Sequence record: KT184316.1
Direction: 5' to 3' (one strand)
Source: Enterobacteria phage XTG1
DNA: 64,000 bases
The notes under the pieces are model-generated. The model made no database searches. It saw only the letters and a program-made list of their open reading frames with translations, and had not been told where the DNA came from. Each line of letters opens with the position of its first letter. Position 1 is the stretch's first letter. Below, in pieces: positions 42,832 through 53,516 of this stretch. The position numbers and the translations under genes were made by a program.

Positions 42832-44809
42832 AGGTCGTAAATTGAAAGAGGCTGGTCAGTTTATTGGTCATTGTGCATGTCCACGTTGTGGTTCATCAGA
42901 CGCTGGTTCAATCTATCATCATGACGATGATTCTTATTCGATGACTTGCTTTAGTTGTAACAAAGGTTTCCCAGAGTGGGATTTTGATAAAGGACAAATC
43001 GTGAGCACTTATTCTACTGGTTCAGACAATAAAAACCGTACTTTCCGTGGAATGGATTTAGACGATGTGAAAGAAAACCTTGAAGCAATGGACTTAAAGG
43101 ACAGGAAGATTCCTGCAAAAGTTCTTGAGCGTTTAGGTATCAAGGTTGACATTGACAGTGATGGTGAAATTGACGCGCATTTCTACCCAACTTACAAACG
43201 CAATGAAGATGGCAAGCTAGAGCATGTTGGCTACCGTGTTCGTCACCGTTACCCAGAAGACCATCCAAAAGAGCACCTACGAGGTAAGTTAAAAGACTTT
43301 TCTGGTGGTGTTGGAGACATTAAAGGTGAACTGGCAATGTTCGGTTCATGGATTGCTCCAGAAGGTGGTAACCGTCTATTCATCTGGGAAGGTGAGATGG
43401 AATGTGCGACAGCAATCTATATGACTTCTCTTGCGATTAAGGACAAGTCTCGTCGTAAAAATTACTGTCACGTATCTGTTCCATCAGGTGCAAACATCAA
43501 GTCTATCAAGGATAACTATCAGTACATTACATCATTTGATGAGATTTACTTGTGCTTTGATAACGATGAAGCAGGTGCTAAAGCCACTAAAGAGGCTGCT
43601 GGTATCCTACCTATTGAGAAGGTTCGTTTATTCCAGTATCCAGAAGGCGTAAAAGACCTTAACGAGTGGTGGACAAAGTTCTATAAAGAGAAAGATACAG
43701 TTCTGGAAGGATTTAAGCAGCGTATCTACAATGCACCTCGTTACTGTCCTGCTGGTATCAAGAACTTTGCAGATGGTTTTGAGGCAATGAAGAATCGTGG
43801 TCAGATTCCATTGATTCCTTTCCCAGAATCTTTCGGAGATTTGAACAGGCTGACTTATGGTGGTTACGGTTTAGGTGAGATTACAACTATTGCAGCACCA
43901 TCTTCAGTAGGTAAGTCAGCTTACACTCGTGAGATGATTTACTCAGCTTGGAAAGAAACTGATTATAATATCGGTGTAATTCCTGTAGAAGATACCTATG
44001 AAGAGTTGATGGAGATGCTCTGTGCAATCCACCTGAGCAAGCAGATTTCTGAGATTCCTTATGATGAACGGGATTGGGATGAATTAAAAGGAGCACACGC
44101 AGAACTTTCAAAAGGTCGTCGTATCCATATCGTTGACCATCAAGGGGCAATTGACCAAGATAACCTGCTAGAGTTTGTTGACTATCTTGTTAACAGTTTA
44201 GACTGTAAGATTATCATTCTTGACCCTATCACGTTAGCCCTGTCACGTTCTGATACGGATGAAGAAGAAGTTTTGTCTGAGCTATTGCGTCGTTGCAAAC
44301 GCTACCAGTATGCGCAGGTGAACGTCTGTCACGTTCGTAAGAGTGCAGGCGGTCAGAAGGCTAACTCCGAAGGTGGAGATATCTCTGAAGAGGATATTAA
44401 AGGTTCTGGTGCGTATTTCCAGATTTCTATGAACAACATTCTGTTAATGCGTAACAAGGTTGACCCAGACCCTGTTAAGAAAAACTTGACAAAAATCAAG
44501 TTAACTAAATGCCGTCGTCACGGTAAGTCAACGGGTATTGCTGGTCATACTTGGTACAATCCAGATACAGGACGTCTCATTAAAGCATCTGGTTGTGGAG
44601 TTGACATTGATGGTGCAGCAGAAAATATTCGTCAACAGTTTGGTATTGGTGAAGCTGAAGACCATTATGATGACTCTTTGCCTCATTATGAGGATGAAGT
44701 GTTTGACCGTGAGACTGGTGAAGTCTATACTGAAGAACAACGTCAAAGCTCAACGATTCCACCTGTATTAAGTGAGGATGCAGATGACTGCCCGTTTGAA
44801 ACTGAGTGA
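42818..44809 (+). CDS. DNA primase/helicase (zinc-ribbon, TOPRIM and DnaB-like helicase fusion)
   Basis: CPRCGSS ... CFSCNKGF zinc ribbon; FIWEGEME and LCFDNDEAG TOPRIM acidic motifs; Walker A APSSVGKSAY. Confidence 0.85.
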   Translation: MLMSKGRKLKEAGQFIGHCACPRCGSSDAGSIYHHDDDSYSMTCFSCNKGFPEWDFDKGQIVSTYSTGSDNKNRTFRGMDLDDVKENLEAMDLKDRKIPAKVLERLGIKVDIDSDGEIDAHFYPTYKRNEDGKLEHVGYRVRHRYPEDHPKEHLRGKLKDFSGGVGDIKGELAMFGSWIAPEGGNRLFIWEGEMECATAIYMTSLAIKDKSRRKNYCHVSVPSGANIKSIKDNYQYITSFDEIYLCFDNDEAGAKATKEAAGILPIEKVRLFQYPEGVKDLNEWWTKFYKEKDTVLEGFKQRIYNAPRYCPAGIKNFADGFEAMKNRGQIPLIPFPESFGDLNRLTYGGYGLGEITTIAAPSSVGKSAYTREMIYSAWKETDYNIGVIPVEDTYEELMEMLCAIHLSKQISEIPYDERDWDELKGAHAELSKGRRIHIVDHQGAIDQDNLLEFVDYLVNSLDCKIIILDPITLALSRSDTDEEEVLSELLRRCKRYQYAQVNVCHVRKSAGGQKANSEGGDISEEDIKGSGAYFQISMNNILLMRNKVDPDPVKKNLTKIKLTKCRRHGKSTGIAGHTWYNPDTGRLIKASGCGVDIDGAAENIRQQFGIGEAEDHYDDSLPHYEDEVFDRETGEVYTEEQRQSSTIPPVLSEDADDCPFETE

Positions 44810-45065
44810 TAGTTATAAAAGAGAGGGGTTCACACCCTTCTTTGAAGAAAAAAGTTTAAATAAATTTCAGGAAGAGTGTTTGACAAAGGTTGATAGGTTC
44901 TATAGAATGCTCTACATGAAATGTGATGGGGGTGTTGAGGTAGAAGAAAAGTTCCATCACAGTATTATCACAGTCACTATTACTATACCTGAACATAATA
45001 TTGGTTGGCTGTTTATAATGAAAGAAAATGTGTTTGAATATCAAGTATATCGGAGAATATCATGA
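44772..45065 (+). CDS. Hypothetical protein (97 aa)
   Basis: ORF overlapping primase-helicase 3' end. Confidence 0.35.
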   Translation: MRMQMTARLKLSDSYKREGFTPFFEEKSLNKFQEECLTKVDRFYRMLYMKCDGGVEVEEKFHHSIITVTITIPEHNIGWLFIMKENVFEYQVYRRIS

Positions 45066-45283
45066 AACACTCTAAAGCATTTGAAAAAGTTTTTGGGGAC
45101 TCTTTAAAAGCCACTGCTGGAAAACCAGCAAAATACTATGAAGAAAAACGTGTAAGAACTGGAAAAACTGCACGTAAAGCAGCTTCTAAAGATAAGCACA
45201 ACTTCCAGTAATTAATGTTTGACAATAGAGTATCAACAAATTAGAATTGGTACTCTTCATAAATTGAGATAGAGGTTTAAATA

Positions 45284-46141
45284 ATGTCTAAAGTTGTTAA
45301 AATGAAAGCTCCGGTAGAGAAGTACAATGGTACTGAACGTCAAACTCTGCGTTACCTGCTGAAAGATGTCTGGTTTTATTACCTGAATACTTCACCACGT
45401 CCGGGAAAAGGTAAGTCTATTGATAAGAAATTCCCAGGAAAAGATTGTAACTACAGCGTATCAATTCTGGCAGAAGACGGTAACAAACTGTTTAAAGAGT
45501 TTACTAAGTCTAAGAAAAATCCAGAAGGATGGGATAAAGTTACTACTGAAGCAGTTGATGCAGACGACTTCGAAGAGAAGTTTGGTTGTAAACCACCTTT
45601 TGAAGCAGACACTTACTACATCTTGAAAGTAAGTCGTGCAGCAGCTTATAAAGACGGTGCTGTATGGACAGCTAAACAGTCATTCCCTGTGATGCTGATT
45701 GAAGAAGTAAATGGTAAGCGTGTAGCTGTTAAACAGCCGATGAAGAAAATCAAAGCTCAAGCATCTGATAAACATGAAGATGACAAGAACTATGATGTAA
45801 TTCATCCAGATATTGCAGTCGGTAACGGTTCTTTTGGTAGTGTGATTCTTTCTACTCACTTCTACACTTTTGAGAACAATGTTCTGACAAAACCTATTCA
45901 GGAACAGTTTATCATTGATACTCTTGTACCTTACACTGGTGGTAACGGTGCTAATGGTGAACCTGAACTGGATGAAGATGAACTGGCTATGCTTGGTCTT
46001 GATGGTGTTGAAGATAACGGTGAAATCACTGAAGAAGACGCAACAGACCATAAACCTTCGAATGCTTCTGATGATGGTGACGATGAAGACTTGCCAGACC
46101 CAGATGACGAAGAAGATGAAGACTTCGATACAGAAGACTAA
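45284..46141 (+). CDS. Putative ssDNA-binding protein with acidic C-terminal tail
   Basis: 285 aa; C-terminal 60 residues are D/E-rich ending DFDTED; location in replication operon. Confidence 0.45.
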   Translation: MSKVVKMKAPVEKYNGTERQTLRYLLKDVWFYYLNTSPRPGKGKSIDKKFPGKDCNYSVSILAEDGNKLFKEFTKSKKNPEGWDKVTTEAVDADDFEEKFGCKPPFEADTYYILKVSRAAAYKDGAVWTAKQSFPVMLIEEVNGKRVAVKQPMKKIKAQASDKHEDDKNYDVIHPDIAVGNGSFGSVILSTHFYTFENNVLTKPIQEQFIIDTLVPYTGGNGANGEPELDEDELAMLGLDGVEDNGEITEEDATDHKPSNASDDGDDEDLPDPDDEEDEDFDTED

Positions 46142-46160
46142 TCTCTAAAAGTTACTTTAA

Positions 46161-46187
46161 AGCCCTGTACTCAGTATGGGGCTTTTT
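46161..46187 (+). terminator. Hairpin terminator
   Basis: agccc-tgtactcagtat-ggggc followed by ttttt. Confidence 0.4.
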
Positions 46188-46203
46188 CATATGGAGAGCC
46201 ATA

Positions 46204-47244
46204 ATGGAGAAGTACACATTAACAAAACTTCCCGATTCAGTTACACATGTTTTTATTGACTCTGACAGTATTGCCTACAAAGGTGCTTGTGTAGTTGAGA
46301 AAGCAAAATATAAATATGTCAATAAACTCACAGCAGAAGAATCTGAGCCATTTGATAATGCGAAAGATGCTGCAAGATGGTTAGCAGACCAGAGAATCCT
46401 TGTGGAAGAACTTGGCCTGACATTTGATGAAGATGAATGGGAAAGACAGACTTGGAAAGAAGCTAAGAGTGAAAAAGAAGCTATCATGGCTACTCAACAG
46501 GTGCTTCAGGAATGGCTTAAGGTTGTTGGGAAAGAAAGAACTTGGGTAGGTTATTTAACAGAGAAAGGTGTACATAAACATAAAGACATTAAAGGTCTTG
46601 AGCACCAATATCAAGGTAACCGTAAAGATGCTGTCACACCAACACACTTAGTTGCTTGTCGTGAGTATCTTCTGTCAAGACCAGAGTTCAAACTCTTAAA
46701 GGGTGGCTTCGAAGCCGATTCAATCGTAATTGCTAAAGCTGAAAAGATGGGTAAGAAAGCTGCTCTTATGAGTATTGACAAAGACCTTCGACAAGCTGAA
46801 GGAACTTATTGTATTGATATGACTTATGAAAAGTCACCACTAATTTTTATCGCTGATAATAATGTTGGTGATATCTGGGATTGTCCTATCAAATCAAAAC
46901 CAAAAGCTGCAAAAACAGTTGGTGTAGGTTTTAAATTCTTGTGTTATCAGGCTGTTGCTGGAGATAATGCAGACAACTACTTCGGCCTAAAAGGTGCTGG
47001 TAAAGTAGCTGTGATGAATGCTTTAGATGGTAAAGAGACCTACAAAGAGTGTCTTGACGCTATCTATGAACTCTATGCTAAAAAAGACTCTTATACCTAT
47101 GTGTCATGGGATGGACAGACTGTTACAAAGACACCGTTAGAGTTAATGGAACAGCATTTCTGGATAGCATATCAAGAGAGAAATCCAAAAGACAATTTCT
47201 CTTTCAAGAAATATAATTGGGAGCCGTGTATGAATGAAGATTAA
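46204..47244 (+). CDS. 5'-3' exonuclease / flap endonuclease
   Basis: N-terminal VFIDSDSIAYKG; H3TH-like GDNADNYFGLKGAGKVAV. Confidence 0.6.
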   Translation: MEKYTLTKLPDSVTHVFIDSDSIAYKGACVVEKAKYKYVNKLTAEESEPFDNAKDAARWLADQRILVEELGLTFDEDEWERQTWKEAKSEKEAIMATQQVLQEWLKVVGKERTWVGYLTEKGVHKHKDIKGLEHQYQGNRKDAVTPTHLVACREYLLSRPEFKLLKGGFEADSIVIAKAEKMGKKAALMSIDKDLRQAEGTYCIDMTYEKSPLIFIADNNVGDIWDCPIKSKPKAAKTVGVGFKFLCYQAVAGDNADNYFGLKGAGKVAVMNALDGKETYKECLDAIYELYAKKDSYTYVSWDGQTVTKTPLELMEQHFWIAYQERNPKDNFSFKKYNWEPCMNED

Positions 47245-47731
47245 AGGATTTGGCAATTGCCCTACCTACGGTCATTGGGTATCTTTATGTGGGGAAGTTG
47301 ACCCCACTAAACATTTTGGCTTTGTCTATTTAGTACACTGTAAGAAGACTGGACAATATTATATCGGAAAGAAACAGCTTAATAGTGTGACTAAAAGAAA
47401 AGTTGCTGGCAAGACTCGGAAGAAGGTAGTCACTAAGGAGAGTGATTGGATGACTTACGAAACCTCTTCTGAGTATATTAAAAAAGATATTGAAAGCTTT
47501 GGAAAAGAATCTTTTGATTTTTACATTATTCAAACCTACTACACAAAAGGTGGTCTAGTCTATGGTGAAGCAAACCTCCAACATAAATTCGATGTAATGA
47601 CAAAAAGGATTGACTCTAATCTCAGACTCTTCTACAATGCCAATATTGCAGCAATTAAGTTTATTACTAAAGAAACTTATGAAGATGCTGAAAAAAGAAT
47701 CCATAAGGTAATGAAAGCAAATTGTGCTTGA
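47234..47731 (+). CDS. GIY-YIG domain nuclease (homing-endonuclease-like)
   Basis: GFVYLVHCKKTGQYYIGK resembles GIY-(x10)-YIG motif. Confidence 0.5.
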   Translation: MKIKGFGNCPTYGHWVSLCGEVDPTKHFGFVYLVHCKKTGQYYIGKKQLNSVTKRKVAGKTRKKVVTKESDWMTYETSSEYIKKDIESFGKESFDFYIIQTYYTKGGLVYGEANLQHKFDVMTKRIDSNLRLFYNANIAAIKFITKETYEDAEKRIHKVMKANCA

Positions 47732-47737
47732 TAACTA

Positions 47738-47983
47738 TTGAGAGAGAATAAAATGTTTAACAAAAGTAAAGCTGTGAGTCATGTAGCAAAGGTTGACAGC
47801 AAGATTGAAGAACTTGAGCGCATTCTTGCAAATGCCAGAGAGTCAATAATTAAAGAAGTTGAAGCTGTTGAATCCCAAATGCAGCACCTAATGCTTAAAC
47901 GTCAAGAGTTACGTGAGCATCTGGAATATATTGAAACACGAGAGCTAAAAGTTAACAGATTTTTAAGGAGTCCGAATGTTTAA
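47738..47983 (+). CDS. Hypothetical coiled-coil protein (81 aa)
   Basis: Intact ORF. Confidence 0.4.
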   Translation: MRENKMFNKSKAVSHVAKVDSKIEELERILANARESIIKEVEAVESQMQHLMLKRQELREHLEYIETRELKVNRFLRSPNV

Positions 47984-48731
47984 CTCAAGAGAATCAGTAA
48001 AAAACTGGAATCTTCGTTGCGGAAACACCCAAAAGCAACCTTACAGTGATGAGTATTGGGAATCTTTGAAATCCCAGTCTCTGTGTATGCTTGAAGAAGC
48101 AAAAGAGCTTGTAAAAGCAATTGAAGAGAAAGACCCCATTGAGACATTGGATGCTCAGGCAGATTTGCAATATGTTCTTGACGGTTTGATTTACCTGTCA
48201 CAACATGACCACAACGGAGCTATGGAAGCTGTTTGCCATAATAATGACCTGAAGTACACAGGTGACTATGAAGAAGCTTTAAAACGTCTTGCAGACATTG
48301 AAAAGCGTACTGGTCAAGAGTGTATTATTCGAATGTCAGTGGTTGATGGTAAAGAGTGGTATGCGATTGTCCGTGCAGCCGATGGGAAGATTATGAAGCA
48401 ATCAAATCTCCCTAAAGTACAGCTTGGTGAATACATTGTAGAGCTTGAAAGCCAAGAACTTTTTGTGGTAGTATCTGAGACATGCGTTATCTGCAAAGGT
48501 ATTGTAGGTAGCTTAAAGGATTTGGGTGTAGATGGTTTTGTAGAAGTTAATCCAATTACCTCTAAAGCAGATAAAGACTTCTGTAAAGAGAATGGACTAT
48601 GGATTGCAGATATTGTCTACTATGATGGTGAGCAGTTCCATGTAACCTCATACCCGAAACTGAATTATGATGCTAATAACCTGAAGTGCTGGTTAAAAGG
48701 GGTTGGTTATAATGGATTCACAGAACATTAA
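47976..48731 (+). CDS. Hypothetical protein with MazG-like NTP pyrophosphohydrolase N-terminal signature
   Basis: EEAKELVKAIEEKDPIETLDAQADLQYVLDGL matches the EExxE...D...DLxxVL pattern; weak. Confidence 0.35.
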   Translation: MFNSRESVKNWNLRCGNTQKQPYSDEYWESLKSQSLCMLEEAKELVKAIEEKDPIETLDAQADLQYVLDGLIYLSQHDHNGAMEAVCHNNDLKYTGDYEEALKRLADIEKRTGQECIIRMSVVDGKEWYAIVRAADGKIMKQSNLPKVQLGEYIVELESQELFVVVSETCVICKGIVGSLKDLGVDGFVEVNPITSKADKDFCKENGLWIADIVYYDGEQFHVTSYPKLNYDANNLKCWLKGVGYNGFTEH

Positions 48732-49035
48732 TAAAGAGGGTGTGGCTCAGAAGAGCCACTTCTCAAACTACAATATTTCTATGACGGTGTTTATGAATGA
48801 CCCGTTACTTGAAAAGTATGGTGAGACTCCAGATACACTTCTGGATAATGAACAAGTTTTAAAAGCAGTCCTGTACAAATACGGGATTGACATTGAGAAA
48901 GAGTATTCTTTTGAAATCTGCCAACACAGGAATACTTTTGGTAAAGTTGTGATGGCTCCACTTTTTATGGGTGTAGAAAGGACTGACTACGGTTGGTTAT
49001 ATCTAAAAAGAAACTTGGAGAAATACCGTGTTTAA
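48703..49035 (+). CDS. Hypothetical protein (110 aa)
   Basis: Intact ORF. Confidence 0.4.
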   Translation: MVIMDSQNINKEGVAQKSHFSNYNISMTVFMNDPLLEKYGETPDTLLDNEQVLKAVLYKYGIDIEKEYSFEICQHRNTFGKVVMAPLFMGVERTDYGWLYLKRNLEKYRV

Positions 49036-49363
49036 AGCAAAGAAGTTAGATTACGATGCCATTATCTCTGGTGCTAAATTAGGTGTTGACAGTCTCGGAC
49101 GGGACGTTAAACACGGAGACACAGTTATGTACTGTGATGACCGAAGAGGAAGAAGTGCAATCTTGTTTGGAAAAGTTGTATGTAAAATACGCGGTAATTA
49201 TGTTGTTTCAGATATGGATGGCAACGTCGCACAAAAGCTCAAAATAATCATGGATAGCAAGACTCCATCATGGCTCTTAAATTGTATGCACGCTTCATCT
49301 ATCACAAAAGTAAGTGATAAGTTTTACGATATGTGGCAGAATGAGCAAATTTTCAAGATTTAA
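49028..49363 (+). CDS. Hypothetical protein (111 aa)
   Basis: Intact ORF followed by terminator. Confidence 0.45.
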   Translation: MFKAKKLDYDAIISGAKLGVDSLGRDVKHGDTVMYCDDRRGRSAILFGKVVCKIRGNYVVSDMDGNVAQKLKIIMDSKTPSWLLNCMHASSITKVSDKFYDMWQNEQIFKI

Positions 49364-49367
49364 ACTA

Positions 49368-49391
49368 GGGAGCCTCTTCGGAGGCTCTTTT
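49368..49391 (+). terminator. Rho-independent terminator (UUCG tetraloop)
   Basis: gggagcctc-ttcg-gaggctc followed by ttttc. Confidence 0.65.
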
Positions 49392-49409
49392 CATCTGTAG
49401 GATTCGAAA

Positions 49410-51644
49410 ATGATTAAGACAATTAAAAAATCAAATGGTACAGTAGTAAGCTTTGACCCAGAAAGACTGAATAAGTGGGCATCATGGGCAGATAAACGTG
49501 GAATTATCTGGTCAGAAGTCACTATGGAAGCTATGAAACGTGTCTATGAGGGTTGCACTACAAAAGAGATGCACCAAGCCATGATTGATGTTTGTGTTGA
49601 TAAACAAACTCAAGAGTACTCAGATATGGCTGGACGACTGCTTTTGGGTATTATCTACAAAGAAGCCTTTGGAGGCTTTACTAAGGTTCCTACGCTGATT
49701 ACCTTCGTTAAAAATATGGAGAGAGCAGGACTTTGGGAGAAGATGGATTATTCACAGGAAGAGCTTGAATACCTGCAAGGTTACATCGTGCACTCAAAAG
49801 ATATCTCTTACGGTTATGCAGTCTTGAAACAGTTCAGAGACAAGTACGGTATCCGTGATATTAAAACGGGAAGACTGTTTGAGTCACCACAATTTATGTT
49901 TATGGGTATGGCTATGAAAGCCTTTGAGAAGCAACCAAAGCACCGTAGACTGCAAGATGTTATCAAGCTGTACACTTACTTATCTGACCTGAAGATTAAC
50001 GCTCCTACGCCCTATTTAAACGGGTTAAGAGCAACTAAATCAGGTTATGCGTCATGCTGTTTGATTAAGGCAAATGATACTGCTGAGTCTCTTGGTATTG
50101 CTGCAAAGGTTGCTTATGATATGACCACAAAGCAAGCTGGTATTGGTATGCTGATGGAGACACGTACTATTGGTGATGGTATCCGTCAAAATACGATTGA
50201 GCACATGGGTAAACTACCTTATTACAAGCTTGTACGTTCATCTGTAGAGGCAAACAAACAGAAGAGTCGTGGCGGTTCAGCTAATAACTTCTACACTGCT
50301 CTAGACCCGCAGATTGAAGATTTACTGCGTTTGAAGCACCCTACAACGGTTCCTTCTAAACGTATTAATGAGATGGACTATTCATTCGGCACAAACGATT
50401 ATTTCTGGCAGTGTGTTCAGTATGATACAGATTGGTTGCTATTCTCTTACAAAGATGCACCAAAACTCTATGACATGTTCTACACAGCATCTGCTGATGA
50501 GTTTGCTATGGCAGTTGGTCACGCAGTACATTCAGGAGTTAAGCACAGACGAGTAAAGGCTCGTGAAATTGCCAAGCTGTTTATTCAACAGCGTTATGCT
50601 ACAGGTCGTGTGTATCCATTCTTCACTAACAATGCGAACACACATACACCATTTAAAGAACCATTGAAGATGTCAAATCTTTGTATGGAAATTGTGTTGC
50701 CAGTGTATGGTTTTGAGAAAGAGACAGACCTTTACAGAGACGATGCTGTGAAAGAGGATGGTGAGGTGGCTCTTTGCTTCCTAGCTAGTTTGGTTGCAGG
50801 GAGAATTTCAGAAGATGAATACGCTGACGTTGCTTATTATGCTCTTGCAATGGTTGACTCCGTTATTGACCTTATGGATTATCCGTATCCGTCGATGCGT
50901 AACCATGTTCAGAAGCGTCGTTCTGTTGGGATTGGCCTTACAAATGTGGCTCATTACCTTGCGAAGAACTACGTGAACTACTCTTCACGAGCAGGTAAGA
51001 CGAAGCTTCATGAGCTTGCTGAAATGCACTCTTACTACTTACACGAAGCTTCTTTAAGACTTGCTAAAGAACGTGGTGTACCTGAGTATATGCAGTTCAC
51101 TAAGTATCCTGAAGGCTGGGTTCCTCCAAAGACAGCTAACAAGAAGATTGATGAGAAGCATGATGCAAAACTTCGTTATGATTGGGATGACTTAGCACAA
51201 CGTATTAAAGAAAATGGTGGAATCCGTAACTCTGTATTAGAGGCTTACATGCCTAATGAGAGTTCTTCACTGGCAACTAATACGACAAACGGCTTGTACC
51301 CAATTCGTGACTTTATTTTAACTAAAAAGTCTGCAACTGGTAACGTACTGTTTATTGTTCCAGATTACGAAGAGTTGAAGTATGTCTATGAAATTGCTTG
51401 GGATATTGACACCTTTGACCTGATTGATTGTTATGCAATTGTTCAAAAGTTCACTGGTCAAGCTATCTCTTCAGATTTCTATGTTGACTACGCAAAAGCT
51501 AAGAAGGTATCATTGGCTCAAGCTTTGAAGTACATGATTTATGCTAACTCAGTAGGTATGAAAACTATGTACTACCTTAACAGTCGCATTGGTGTAGGTA
51601 AATCTGCACTGCAAGATGCTTATTGCGAGGGTTGTGGTGTTTAG
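49410..51644 (+). CDS. nrdA: Ribonucleotide reductase class I large subunit
   Basis: 744 aa; active-site NLCMEI; C-terminal CEGCGV cysteine pair. Confidence 0.85.
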   Translation: MIKTIKKSNGTVVSFDPERLNKWASWADKRGIIWSEVTMEAMKRVYEGCTTKEMHQAMIDVCVDKQTQEYSDMAGRLLLGIIYKEAFGGFTKVPTLITFVKNMERAGLWEKMDYSQEELEYLQGYIVHSKDISYGYAVLKQFRDKYGIRDIKTGRLFESPQFMFMGMAMKAFEKQPKHRRLQDVIKLYTYLSDLKINAPTPYLNGLRATKSGYASCCLIKANDTAESLGIAAKVAYDMTTKQAGIGMLMETRTIGDGIRQNTIEHMGKLPYYKLVRSSVEANKQKSRGGSANNFYTALDPQIEDLLRLKHPTTVPSKRINEMDYSFGTNDYFWQCVQYDTDWLLFSYKDAPKLYDMFYTASADEFAMAVGHAVHSGVKHRRVKAREIAKLFIQQRYATGRVYPFFTNNANTHTPFKEPLKMSNLCMEIVLPVYGFEKETDLYRDDAVKEDGEVALCFLASLVAGRISEDEYADVAYYALAMVDSVIDLMDYPYPSMRNHVQKRRSVGIGLTNVAHYLAKNYVNYSSRAGKTKLHELAEMHSYYLHEASLRLAKERGVPEYMQFTKYPEGWVPPKTANKKIDEKHDAKLRYDWDDLAQRIKENGGIRNSVLEAYMPNESSSLATNTTNGLYPIRDFILTKKSATGNVLFIVPDYEELKYVYEIAWDIDTFDLIDCYAIVQKFTGQAISSDFYVDYAKAKKVSLAQALKYMIYANSVGMKTMYYLNSRIGVGKSALQDAYCEGCGV

Positions 51645-51699
51645 TTTTAATAACTATGAGGGTCGTAAAAGACCCTCTAAAATTAACTTTGGAGAGACT

Positions 51700-51957
51700 A
51701 TGAAAGACTTAATAGCAAATCACGAATGGCCCATATACTTGTTCCACAAACCTCGGAAAACGATGTACTATGTGAGTAGCACAGACATGATGATAAAACA
51801 AAATGATGACTCATGGGTCGATGGTGTCTCTTACATCTCTACAGCAGATGGTAAAATCTATGCAAGACCTTATGACATGTTTAACAAAGAAAATTGGGAA
51901 GTTTTAGACAGAAAACAAGCCTTAGAGATGATAAAGAAAGGAGAAATCACGCTATGA
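51700..51957 (+). CDS. Hypothetical protein (85 aa) between nrdA and nrdB
   Basis: ATG 51700 with RBS ggagag; track ORF start 51616 overlaps nrdA. Confidence 0.4.
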   Translation: MKDLIANHEWPIYLFHKPRKTMYYVSSTDMMIKQNDDSWVDGVSYISTADGKIYARPYDMFNKENWEVLDRKQALEMIKKGEITL

Positions 51958-53027
51958 TTAACCAACACCCAATCTTTTTAGGTGGTGAGAGAAAGACATT
52001 TGACTCACTTAACAAGCACTACCCAAAAATCTTTGAACTCTATAAACAACAAAAAGCACAAGACTGGTCAGAAGATGAGTTCCCTTTTGAACAATCACGT
52101 CTTGATTTTGAGAGTGTACCAGCATCAATGTCAGGTGTAATGCTTGAGATTCTTAAGTGGCAGTGGGAAGCAGATACCCAAGTTGCTAAGAGTTTAGCGT
52201 TTGCTTTTGCACCATTCATCTCTGATGACATTTATGCAACTGCAATTATGAAGCAGTCTGAGATTGAAAACCTACATGCTCTTACTTACTCGGAGATTGT
52301 AAGACAGTGTATTAAAAATCCTGAAACAATCTTAGATGAGATTAACCAGAACATTGCTGTACAAGACCGATTAAAAACTGTGAATCGTGTTCTTGAAGAA
52401 TTACTGGATGAAGGTATAAACTATCGACTGAGTTATGTCCGTGACTCACTTCTGGATAAAGACCCTTTGCACTTCCATAAAGTGATTCTGAAAGGGCTGT
52501 TTGCAGTGACTGCACTTGAAGGCATATCTTTTATGGCATCCTTTGCATGTACTTTTGCACTTGATGCTCAAGATAAATTTCAGGGTATTGCTCAAGCTGT
52601 CCAGAAAATTATGCTTGACGAAATCCTTCACACTAAAATTGATATTGAAGTTTTAAAAGAAACTTTAAGAGATGATGAATGGCAGAAAGCTTTTCAACAA
52701 ATTCTTCCAGAGATTAAAGTAATCTTAGATGAAGTAGTTGAAAGTGAAGAGAAATGGTCGTATTATATCTTCTCCGAAGGACGTGCTGTAGTTGGCTTGA
52801 ATACAAAGCTTCTTCATGAGTGGGTTTACTATAATGCTGCCCCACTGTATGATATGTTTGGCATTCCCAGAGGTTTTGTAGCTCCTAAAGAACCACCTTT
52901 GAAGTACATGATTAAGAAGATGGAAATTGATAAAGAGCAGAATGCTAATCAGGAGCAACAGAACGGTGCGTACCTGTTGAATACTGTTGTAGATGATTTG
53001 AATAGTGGATTTTTAGAGGTTCCTTAA
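51951..53027 (+). CDS. nrdB: Ribonucleotide reductase class I small subunit
   Basis: About 358 aa after start refinement (MINQHPIF...); adjacent to nrdA; RBS ggagaa. Confidence 0.75.
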   Translation, partial: AMINQHPIFLGGERKTFDSLNKHYPKIFELYKQQKAQDWSEDEFPFEQSRLDFESVPASMSGVMLEILKWQWEADTQVAKSLAFAFAPFISDDIYATAIMKQSEIENLHALTYSEIVRQCIKNPETILDEINQNIAVQDRLKTVNRVLEELLDEGINYRLSYVRDSLLDKDPLHFHKVILKGLFAVTALEGISFMASFACTFALDAQDKFQGIAQAVQKIMLDEILHTKIDIEVLKETLRDDEWQKAFQQILPEIKVILDEVVESEEKWSYYIFSEGRAVVGLNTKLLHEWVYYNAAPLYDMFGIPRGFVAPKEPPLKYMIKKMEIDKEQNANQEQQNGAYLLNTVVDDLNSGFLEVP

Positions 53028-53269
53028 TGACTTATGTAATTTACTCCAAAACTGGATGCCCTCAGTGTGAGACTGCAAAGAATTTTGCAAAAGCTCGTGG
53101 TATTGACCATGTTGTGAGAATGTTAGGGCAGGACTATGAACTATCAGACCTGATGGATATTGCACAGATGCCAGTTCGTCAGATGCCATTCATCATGAAA
53201 ACTGATGGACAAAACCTAAAACCTGTTGGAACGCTACAGAATTTTATGGCAGAGGTGAATAATGCTTAA
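53027..53269 (+). CDS. Glutaredoxin-like protein
   Basis: YSKTGCPQCETAK CPxC motif; 80 aa; coupled to nrdB. Confidence 0.75.
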   Translation: MTYVIYSKTGCPQCETAKNFAKARGIDHVVRMLGQDYELSDLMDIAQMPVRQMPFIMKTDGQNLKPVGTLQNFMAEVNNA

Positions 53270-53468
53270 ACGCCTTTGGGAAGGTCTGGTTGTTGATGCA
53301 CCAGCCATTGTGATTGGTATGCTTGTTGTTAACCTATTTACTGATTTTGAACAAGGTTCATTGTTTGGAGCCATGTTACTATGGGTTATCTTTGAAATAT
53401 TAGAGATACAGTTAGGCATCACTGAAAAACTTAGAAAACTCGTTTCTAAGTTTTCTAAAAAGATTTAG
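53262..53468 (+). CDS. Small membrane protein (68 aa)
   Basis: Two hydrophobic segments. Confidence 0.4.
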   Translation: MLKRLWEGLVVDAPAIVIGMLVVNLFTDFEQGSLFGAMLLWVIFEILEIQLGITEKLRKLVSKFSKKI

Positions 53469-53475
53469 AATGAAA

Positions 53476-53497
53476 GGGTCTCTTCGGAGACCTTTTT
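53476..53497 (+). terminator. Rho-independent terminator (UUCG tetraloop)
   Basis: gggtctc-ttcg-gagacc followed by ttttt. Confidence 0.6.
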
Positions 53498-53516
53498 AGC
53501 ATGTAAAGGGGCAATA

